64,000 nucleotides of DNA from Mytilus edulis (Eukaryota). The notes beneath the pieces were generated by a model. It was not told the DNA's origin, did not search any database, and saw only the letters and a program-made list of their open reading frames with translations. The stretch is taken from NCBI RefSeq assembly GCF_963676685.1, contig NC_092348.1, positions 88,970,001 through 89,034,000 of the forward strand. The letters run 5' to 3'. The translations under genes and the position numbers were made by a program. Numbering within the stretch: the stretch's first letter is position 1; every line of letters begins with the position of its first letter. Positions 54,570 through 64,000 of the stretch are shown one piece after another.

Positions 54570-55123
54570 ATACATGTGTGCTTAAATTGAACTTTTCTTT
54601 TTAAATCTCTATATTCCCCCCTTTTTTGTCTAATCAATGGGTGAACAATACTGAACATAAAAATCAGTACAAGAAAATCTCATACAGCTACAAAAACTGT
54701 TAATAAATAGCAAACAAGTATATATACATTGTACATATAGCTCAATGCACGCTCACTTCCTATTATTATTACGTTTACCCAAGAATCTTGATCAAAACAT
54801 AATTTGGCATATATATATATATATCTACATGTGTTCTAACATGGTACATTTACTTAAATCAAACCACAATCATAAACAAGACAGACAAACAGATGATAGC
54901 AGAAGAAAGACATGAAATTAAATTACCAAATTAACTAACATAATGTCTGATGAACGTAATGAAACAAGTACATGTATACTTAATGAAAACAATAATAAAT
55001 ATAAATTCTACCACTTCATCAAGTGTAATGTCATATTTCTGCACTCAAGACAGTTTAATTTTCATATTTAAACACAAGGTTTGCCAAGATATTTTAATCA
55101 TCAAAAATTAAACAGCAGACTAA

Positions 55124-55772
55124 GGTAGCAATACACAGTTAGGAGTTTAGTTTCGCATTATGGCCCCAGTGGATTTTTCAAACATGAAAGTTATTGTGTA
55201 ATAAAATTCATTTTTAGACAACTGAGTACTAATTTAGCCTTCAAAGAACATCAAGATTATTTTAACATGTTTTATGGGCTAGTTTCTGTTTGACTCTCCG
55301 TATTTTCATTTCTAGACCAGCCATTGGCCCAGAAATTATTGTAATGTTTACAAACACATTTTTCTACACGAAGTTTTTGACGCAATTTTACAAAAAAATG
55401 AGATGAAAGACATATGATTTTCATTGGATTTTCTGAAAGATATATGTAAACTGTTTCAGATAAGGTATTACTTCAAGCGATTGAAATTATACTTTTAGCC
55501 AAATTTTGGGGTAATATGTGACATCTTTTCCCCCCTTTTTGCAATATTTTATAGCAAATAAATGCAGATTGTTGCCATGGATACATCCAAAAGAAATGAT
55601 ATTTTACCTTTTTATATACTGAATATAAAATCTATGGAAGATTCTGATTACATACATATGCACATATATGACACAAACAGTAAGCTTAATATTGCAAGAA
55701 GGCAATGAAAAGGGGATGGTAAAATTTATGAGGGCAAATTTTGAAATTTTTTCCTAAATGTTTATTGCTCCC
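55124..55772. mobile_element. Kolobok-like MITE (older)
   Basis: Imperfect TIR GG(T/G)AGCAATA(C/A)ACA, flanks CTAA/TTAA. Confidence 0.55.
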
Positions 55773-56534
55773 TTAAGTAAAATATAGTATTGCCTAATTC
55801 TAGGTGGTGGAAAGTGTTCTCTTTATAGACAATGTGAAGAAATAATTTATCTTTCATTTCCAATGATCAGTAAAAAGTTGTGTTCTTTCTTTGTATGTCA
55901 TGTCATCAGACATGGTTATTTTTTTTTCTAAACATCAAAATAGAAAGTTCAGAGAACAGCAAGAAAATTTGACATCATAATCGAAATTTGACCAATGCAG
56001 AACTCAAAGATCAAACAACTATTTGGAGATTTAAAAAAAAATTGTATGATATACATAAAACTCTTCTAAAATTCACATTTGTTCATACAATATATTATAT
56101 CTTATAGCATAGAAACAAAGAAACTTTATACTCTAATAATAAATTTCATTTACCTACATAGAATTGAAAATGTAAACAGGGAAGGTGTTAAAGAAACAAC
56201 AAACCAAAAAGCAGAAACTGCCCTAGGCCACCAATGTGTCTTAATTCAGAGAGAAAATCCTGCTCCTAGACGCAGGCTTCAGCTGGCCCCTTAACAATAT
56301 TGTTTACAAATTCAGCAAAATGGACACTACAGTAAACTCAGAAACATGTAAATGAACTAAAATACTAAAAAAACCATTTAAGACTAACTGAATCTGGGGA
56401 GAACACTGTGTATATTCAAGTTTCCTTTAGGTAGTTAGTCAGGGATGGCACCTAAAATTTTAGCTAGGCTACTTATTTTTTTCCATATTTTTGATAGATC
56501 ACTATAACAGCTTTAATTTCAAAGATCAGAGTAA

Positions 56535-57928
56535 GGCCACACCAATTTGATTCCTTGTTCGACAGACCCGCCCGCACCTATTTTTTTCAAAACAGATTTT
56601 TTTTTTTTTATATTCCCGCTTCCCGCATCCGGAAATGTTATCATATCCATTTCCCGCACCGTTTTTTTTGTAAATATTATAAAAAGATATCAACATTTGT
56701 TTTTAAAATCACAGTCTAGCCTGTATATAACGATTTTAAACATAAAAGCACCCCACCACACTGTGTAAATATCTGTATAAATTTATAACAGCGGAAATAC
56801 CTGTAAAGAACAAAAAATTGGTTTCTTTCCCCCTTACTTATATTCCCTATCAAAAAATGTTCGTTGTTAGAATAAAGTACAAAGAACTTCTGAAGGATTT
56901 GCCTTCAACTGCAATTATATTGTATGCTGACGAAACAAAACTATCCATAGCCGCTGCATGTTTATGCACCTGTCCTGATTGATTCAGGGGCCTGTCGTTC
57001 AGCAGTTATCGTTTGTTGATGTTGTTCATTGGTATTTTCCCGTTTGGATATATAAATTAGATTGTTGGTTTTGCTGTTCGAATTGTGTACGCTAATAATT
57101 TTGGGGTCCTTTATAGTTTGCTGTTTGGTCTGTATCAAAGCCCTGTGTAAAAGGCCGTACTTTGACCTGTGTTTGTTATTATCAGGTTGAGAACAACCCT
57201 CCCTCAGACAAGGGGTCATTTTACTGATGTAGAAAAGAAAATAGAAATATAATCAATACCAAGGATTTGTATAGTTCTTCTATACAAAACCTTTGAAAAC
57301 TTAGAATTTTGTACACAAAAAGAGGAGAGTTGCATCATATTTTAAACAACTTTTTCTAAAAGAGGGGTCCACTTATTTTGAATAATATTAAACTGATAAG
57401 GTAAATGTGTTAATTTAACATGGTTAAAATCCAGGAATATTACAAAATTTTTGGACATGTTTTTACCATTTAATAACGGATAGATATATAGTTCTTTGAG
57501 AAAATATGAGCCCTTTTGTACAAACAAATATATTATAACTTATATTGATCCCTCATAAAACATGTTAAAGGGATATTTATAACATTAAGGGGTTGCCCCC
57601 AAACTGATTATGACTTGGATGGAAAATTGTCTCATTGTCAGTCACACATACATAGACCAGATTTAATTACTTCTTGGTGAACAGGGAAAAAATACTTCAG
57701 AAATTAAAGAAATGTCAAAGTACAGGTGATAAATCAAGTTTTAATATTGTCAAAACCTACTAGTTTATGTTTACAAAAAAAAAATATAATCGCTCGCCTT
57801 TACTTTTCAAGCTTCTTCTCAAAAATTTGCCAATTAAATATTTTTTTATTAAACTTTTCAAATCGCTCGCTCGCCCCAAATTTTGGTGTCCAAAAATCCG
57901 CAGAACAAGAAATTAAATTGGTGTGGCC
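56535..57928. mobile_element. PIF/Harbinger-type non-autonomous element with nested repeat (~56945-57180)
   Basis: TIR GGCCACACCAATTT..CTTGTTC, TAA TSD. Confidence 0.75.
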
Positions 57929-58904
57929 TAATTAAAGTTGAGAATAATCTCAAAAGTCAAAACATCAAAGAAATATTTGCAGAGGAAGCTTTAAAAGGTA
58001 ATTGGGGGATATCAATTATGGTCTATTTTTAAATATTGTGTGATATCAATAATACATGACTGGCTCTTAGTCTAAAATAGCAGTTGAAATCTACAAAAAT
58101 GTCAACATTTTTCGCAATTTTTGCCCAGACTGCATGTAATGACTGCTACATGTATTTGAAACACATATTTTTCTAAAGGACACAGTAGGTAAAATATATA
58201 GGTATGTGTCCAGGCAGTGTTCTTCCCAGAGCCTGTTAGCATCATGGTAATGTGATGCTATAATCTTAAATGTGATGCTATCTAAAGTGGTTTTCATATA
58301 CATTGTAGATTATGTTATGGATGTGATGCTATAATTTTTAGAAACAAGATGGTATTTCAATTTCACCTGTCAAATAGGATGCTATATGAAATATCTAGGG
58401 AGAATTGAACACTGCCAAGTTTGTGTGTTTGAAAAGACAGAACATCTTTTCTATATCCACATTTTTTACAGATAAAACTAGAGGTAAATGTACTTCTAAC
58501 TAAGATTTAAAAAAAACTCCAGTCCCACATAAATCAAAGGCAAAGTCTAATGGTTTGCTTTTGAAACCCTCAAAATTATGTACATGTATATTGAAAACAG
58601 GGTTAGACATGTGCACATGGCTATGGTTTATTCTACTTTCACTGCTACTCCAGTATGAACTAACTACCCCCTTGTGTAGGTCTTGCATGCATGGCTAACC
58701 CTCCTAAATTTGGTATGTTTTCATCAAATTTCCAGGACCAGAATTAAAATTATTCCAGATTTAAATAATTCCTTTTTTTAACTCATTAAATATGAATTGA
58801 CATATGTGCAAGAGTAAATCATGTCTGATCATAAAATTCATTACCCACAGATTTAGTATCCTAGATAATGAATTGATTGACGAAACGTTCAACACTTTTG
58901 TTCT

Positions 58905-59082
58905 ATTTTGAGGCAGTCAGTTTTAATTAGTGAAGGAAGCCTGAGTCCCTGGAGAGAATCCTACTCATTAAGATTTGAGGCTAGTGCACCTGCCCTGTGC
59001 TGGATTCTAAAACACAACATCAGGGTTTACAGGCTAGTGACATAGTTATTTGACAACTTAGACCACTCAGACACCAAGGTCC
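58905..59082 (-). mobile_element. tRNA-derived SINE fragment
   Basis: On -: GGGACCTTGGTGTCTGAGTGGTCTAAG head and ACTCAGGCTTCCTTCAC core. Confidence 0.5.
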
Positions 59083-59104
59083 CTTGTTGATAATGAAGTC
59101 CAAA

Positions 59105-59710
59105 CCTACACGGGTTATGTTCTTCTCATATATGCTATGATGGTATGATACTAAACCCCTAACGAGAGGATTGTGCCTGATGTTCATATGATGAAATCAT
59201 AATCTTTCAGTCAGTTTAATTGAAGTCTGGAGCTGGCATGTCAGTTAACTGCTAGTAGTCTGTTGTTATTTATGTATTATTGTCATTTTGTTTATTTTCT
59301 TTGGTTACATTTTCTGACATCAGACTCGGACTTCTCTTGAACTGAATTTTCATGTGCGTATTGTTATTCGTTTACTTTTCTACATTGGTTAGAGGTATAG
59401 GGGGAGGGTTGAGATCTCACAAACATGTTTAACCCCGCCGCATTTTTGCGCCTGTCCCAAGTCAGGAGCCTCTGGCCTTTGTTAGTCTTGTATTATTTTA
59501 ATTTTAGTTTCTTGTGTACAATTTGGAAATTAGTATGGTGTTCATTATCACTGGACTAGTATATATTTGTTTAGGGGTCAGCTGAAGGACGCCTCCGGGT
59601 GCGGGAATTTCTCGCTACATTGAAGACCTGTTGGTGACCCTCTGCTGTTGTTTTTTATTGGTCGGGTTGTTGTCTCTTTGACACATTCCCCATTTCCATT
59701 CTCAATTTTA
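59105..59710 (+). mobile_element. Young-looking non-coding retroelement-derived repeat (Naiad 3'UTR/pLTR-like) carrying the SECIS-like hairpin
   Basis: Shares the CCTGTCCCAAGTCAGGA core with the Naiad 3' region; its 3' end is shared with 18850-18922 and 56160-56390 (-). Confidence 0.6.
59114..59203 (+). other. SECIS-like RNA hairpin within a retroelement-derived repeat
   Basis: ATGA(59137) + 12 nt + AAA(59153) ... TGAT(59178). Helix II GGTATGAT/ATTGTGCC; helix I TCATAT/ATATGA, extended by GTTATG/CATAAT. Confidence 0.6.
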
Positions 59711-60330
59711 CCATTCATGTAATTTTACTAGAAAAAAAAGTTCAAGAAAGGCTATTTGAATTTTCTTGGACGTCTTCCCTAGGACATCCTAGGAAAGCAT
59801 CACAGAAGAAAAAAATAGCCTTTCTAGACATCATAAGCTACACTATTTGGACTAAATTATCCCATGCCTTTCAGACTTAGGCACTGAAGGACTAGTCTAC
59901 ATATAATATTACAGGCTTCAAAATGCATGGGGTGTTAAAGTATGGGATTGTTCAACTAAAATAACACAAATGCCATTGCAAACAGCAAACGAACAAAAAA
60001 AAAATAATAACTACAGATCCAAATAAAAAAACCAACCCCTATCGCTGAGATTACATTCGGAACTTTTTTCCTCTGTCATTTTCCCTGATCATAATGAAAA
60101 ACCTGTCAACAATTTGGTTGCCTATTTTAGGATACGTTAATTTCAATATATATATGATATAAAATAAAGTAGTCTTAAAGTAAAGTACTTTCGTCGAAAA
60201 AGTATTTATTGTTCATTGAATTTGAGGACATTAGTTCTTGCATAAGCCAGTCGGATAAAATAATATTCATGTTTGGGTAAACGATGATGCGGACGTGTTG
60301 ACCGATTTATTTCAATACTTAGTTTCTTAC

Positions 60331-60364
60331 CAACATCATCACAATTTGATGAACTGTCACTCAT
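60331..60364 (-). CDS. HNF4: HNF4 candidate distal first coding exon
   Basis: ATG AGT GAC AGT TCA TCA AAT TGT GAT GAT GTT G|GTAAGA: strong donor, phase 1, in frame (MSDSSSNCDDV-DSPE), next to a motif-dense, relatively CpG-rich promoter-like segment. Confidence 0.55.
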
Positions 60365-60384
60365 ACTATTAGATAACAATTATG

Positions 60385-60595
60385 ACAGGGGTTTCCCAGG
60401 AAATCCCATAGGTCAAACTCCAAATGCCTGGCCAGTTTGTTCGTTTGTTGGTTATCCGCTACACCATCACGTGCTATGTGGTCATGTGACTGTTATCTTA
60501 AGTTCCGGCGTTCCATATTGTGAACTTTACCATGACCACGTGTAAACATAAGTTAAAAGTGTGGACACATAACAATGCCGTCATACGTCATGTAA
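60385..60595 (-). promoter_or_regulatory. Putative distal HNF4 promoter
   Basis: GGGGTTTCCC, GGGATTTCCT, TTCCCAGGAA, CACGTG x2, TCATGTGAC, TTCCGG, TGTAAACA and ACGTCA within ~200 bp upstream of the candidate exon. Confidence 0.45.
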
Positions 60596-62489
60596 AATTT
60601 TTAAATACTATACAAATCCTTGATAATAAAAGAATGAAAAAATGCATTTTTTGAAAATATAGTTACATCAGAGAAATATATTCGTCTCGGTTTACATGTT
60701 CAACTAGATTCTATACGAAACAAATTAGATATGATTTTTGTATGGTTTCAAACATTTAAATAAAGACGGAATATAGAGAGAAAAAAAAATCGCTTTTAGC
60801 GATCAGTTTGTAACAATATCGTCAAAATAAGCTAGATTTTGCATGATTTCATCTTGACACATATTTCAGGAACTGCGAGTACTCTCAAATCGTAATTTCG
60901 TGTTAATTTGACTTGTTGATACAATTTCAAGTGTAATGAATGCTTTTTTGTTATTTAATGTTTACTTATTTAGTGTTATATCTCGTCTCTCTATTTTTAA
61001 TATATACCAGTTTTCATAAGTATTTGGTATGACTATTAATTTTCACTTATATTCTCGTACTATGGACAAACAAATGTTTATTTTGTAAAACATAATGATA
61101 TTTCTGTTCTCCATTACTGTATACCTTACAACAAAATTATTTTCATTTACTTGTGTATAATATTTTATTTTGCGGCATTTTGTCAAAAATTATGGTTGTC
61201 TTTCTGATATTGTTTAACATTATTATTAACATCACCCCTTATTTTATTGATTTTGTATTTACATTGTGTCATAGATTAAATGTATTCGTTGATTGTATGT
61301 TCACTTGTTTGTGTTAATATGTCCTTTGATTGGATTAAGCCATTTCAATTGACATTTTATCATAAATGTGTCTTTCTATCGGTTGTGATGTTACATTATT
61401 GTTTCAGGTAAGAGTGAAGGTTGGTGCCTTTGAAAACATGTAAACCAGCTGCATTTGTTTGCCTGTATTAAGTCAGGAATCGACTGTTCAGTGGATGTCG
61501 ATTGTTGTTGTGGTTCATAAGTGTTTCTCGTTTCTCGTTTTTTTTATATAGATACTACCGTTTTTTTCCCTGTTTCAATGGTTTTACACTAGTCATATTG
61601 GGGCCTTTTATAGCTTGCAGTTCGGTGTGAGCCAATGCTCCTTGTTGAAGAAGGTACATATACGTTGACCTATAGTGTTTTTTTTTTTTTAAATTGTGAA
61701 TTACTAGTAGATGGAGAGTTGTCTCATGGACAATCATACCACAACTTCTCATATCCAGTAAAGTATCGCTGATATATTATTTGGCTTTTCTTATGAAATT
61801 TACCCTAATGTGAACTTATAATAGTGATGACCGGTTGCACCTGTGAACAGCATGTAGTCAGCATGTACATTCATTAAAAGGAAAATAACATCAACATTGG
61901 AAAGTGAAGTATTGGGGCCAGCAGATTTTAAAACCATTTCATTGACTTTCAGACACAAAAAAGTCATTGTTATATAGGCCAATCGAACTATTTATATTTT
62001 TGGTTATATTGGGTTATATGACAAATGTAGTCTCGATGCACCAGAGTTATCGGTCTTACAGCAAACAATATGCATATGGAGCTTCTGGATAATTGAGACT
62101 AGACAAATGGTAGTCTCCGGCGGTCATCTCGATTGATTATATGATGGTTTCTAAAAAAAAATATTCTCAATCTATAAGAAACAAACTAGATACGTAAAAT
62201 ACACGCGAATTGCTGATATATTTTTCGAGTCCATGTGTTGTTTATTCTCATTTTTGGACTTTTTGTAAATAGGATATGCGTTCTAGTCTGGTATGAATAA
62301 AATCTAAGAATTTGGGTCAAATCGATGAACAGAAATATGACCGCCAATGCTACTTTCAGCAAAAGCAAAGTATTAAAAACGCCTATATTTGTTGACAACC
62401 ACTTTAGTTGAATTCTGGTGGATAGTTGCTTCATTGGCATTCCGGCATACAAAATCTCATTAGGTTATTACCAGGTTATTTTCATTAAC

Positions 62490-63202
62490 TGGCACTCATA
62501 CCACATTTTCTTATATTTCTTTTTTTAAATCTCTGTTGAATTAACTTCTTAAAAAGGATATTATCAAATCAATGTGGTATTCAGAACTCATGTATTCCAT
62601 AAAAATTGTCAATTCCAGCTAATTTGATGCCGTTAAATGTCCGTTACATTTTTACTACTATATAATAATATTAGATTATTACTGCACACACCTTATAATT
62701 TCAAAGAGCTTGTTCTTGATAAGTGTCTATTATAACCAATTTTCTGTGGATTATGTATGGTATTCCGATTTCTATTATTATTTGTATTTGAAATATGCGT
62801 ATAGTTTCACATGCATATATTAATCTTATCAACGTCCTTCAGTGGACATTTAATAACCATTATCTGTAAAATGTTTCATACAGTACTTTTTATTTAAATA
62901 CAGTTACAAGGTACAAAAAATATTTGTTATTTCTACTAAGGTCTTTAGTGTACCTACTTTATTGATGTTGGTATACAGCCATCAACACGATATTACCAGA
63001 AAGTCAGGTTTGTTCTTCCAGGAATCTTCTACCTGTATATCAAACCTTGATACTGGTTTTCACATATGTCTTGGATGAGGACAGAACCATTTGCAGATTC
63101 AAAGTTTTGCATAAAAGCGTTGATTTGATAATATCCTTTTTAAGAAGTTAATTCAACAGAGATTTAAAAAAAGAAATATAAGAAAATGTGGTATGAGTGC
63201 CA
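62490..63202. repeat. Perfect 83-bp inverted repeat (62490-62572 / 63120-63202)
   Basis: Base-by-base reverse-complement identity; 547-bp spacer. Confidence 0.9.
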
Positions 63203-64000
63203 ATTACTGAATTAGACAACTGCCCATTTAATCACAATGTATAAAAACTTAAAAAGACATCTTTCTGTTAAAGTAAGGCCTTCAACACGGAGCATTGAAT
63301 CATACCGAACAACAAGCTATAAAGGGCCATACAATGGCTACTGTAAAACAATTCAAACAGGAAAACCAATGATTTCAATTTATTTCATCTCAGTGTGTTT
63401 TATTAAATCTCAGTGTGTAATTTTGAATTCTCAGTGTGTGTTTTTTATTTTTTTAAATCTCAGTGTGTAATTTCGATTTCTCAGTGTGTTATTTTAGGTT
63501 TTTAAATCTCAGTGTGTATTTTTTTCGAAAAAAGGTTTTAAACATAGTTTTGACGAGAACGGCTTGCCATAAATGATCTATAATTAACCACACCGACAAA
63601 CGACAACCACTGAATATCAGTCTCAAGAACCAGTATATGTTCACAAAACTGCAGCGGGTTAAAACGATTTAACAGGCGTCAACCCCTTTACCCTCACCGA
63701 GACAGTAGGTAGGAAAACTGGACTACAGAAAAGGACACACTATAGAATGTCAATTGAAATGGCTTAGCTCAATCAAAAAGACATTTTAACAAAAAACAGG
63801 TAATCATTCACTGAATAAATAAGTTTGATATATGACACAATATATATTCAGGAATATGGGGGTTGTTATCAAATAGTTTGTTTCTATGTGGGTTGACATT
63901 TGTATTTGTTGCACTTCAGTACGTGTTCCTGATTTTCCTTTATTTTCCTCGTAAAGTTGATGTTTTTCCCTTGGTTTTTGTTTTGTTGCCTGGATTTGTT

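Noticed and set aside
52930-54604. Short ORFs inside the CAC..GTG element as RAG1/transposase remnants
   Set aside because: No recognisable DDE, zinc-finger or kelch motifs in the listed ORFs or the frame I translated by hand; a translated HMM search would be needed to exclude decayed remnants.

Overview
AT-rich animal genomic DNA, most likely a bivalve; the repeat families look like Mytilus-type ones, recognised from memory and not database-checked. Two intron-containing genes lie tail-to-tail. (1) The 3' part of DCAF11/WDR23 is on + (11 coding exons, 2973-12999; upstream exons are outside the window). (2) A nuclear receptor HNF4 is on - (six firm coding exons, 22770-28881). Up to three phase-1-compatible alternative first exons (29883-29955, 47021-47294, 60331-60364) suggest a P1/P2-like multi-promoter locus spanning about 38 kb. 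The rest is repeat-rich: the RT-last 3' end of a Penelope-like (Naiad-type) retroelement with related non-autonomous repeats, a truncated LINE, SINEs, Helentron-associated (HINE-like) elements, MITEs of several superfamilies and minisatellites. The most notable observations are a canonical-looking SECIS hairpin inside a retroelement-derived repeat, a non-autonomous CAC...GTG transposon with a 5-bp TSD and RSS-heptamer-like ends (Transib/RAG-like), eroded hammerhead-ribozyme modules linking the Naiad 3' region to retrozyme-like repeats, and the HNF4 alternative-promoter architecture. No CRISPR, rRNA or tRNA gene was found.
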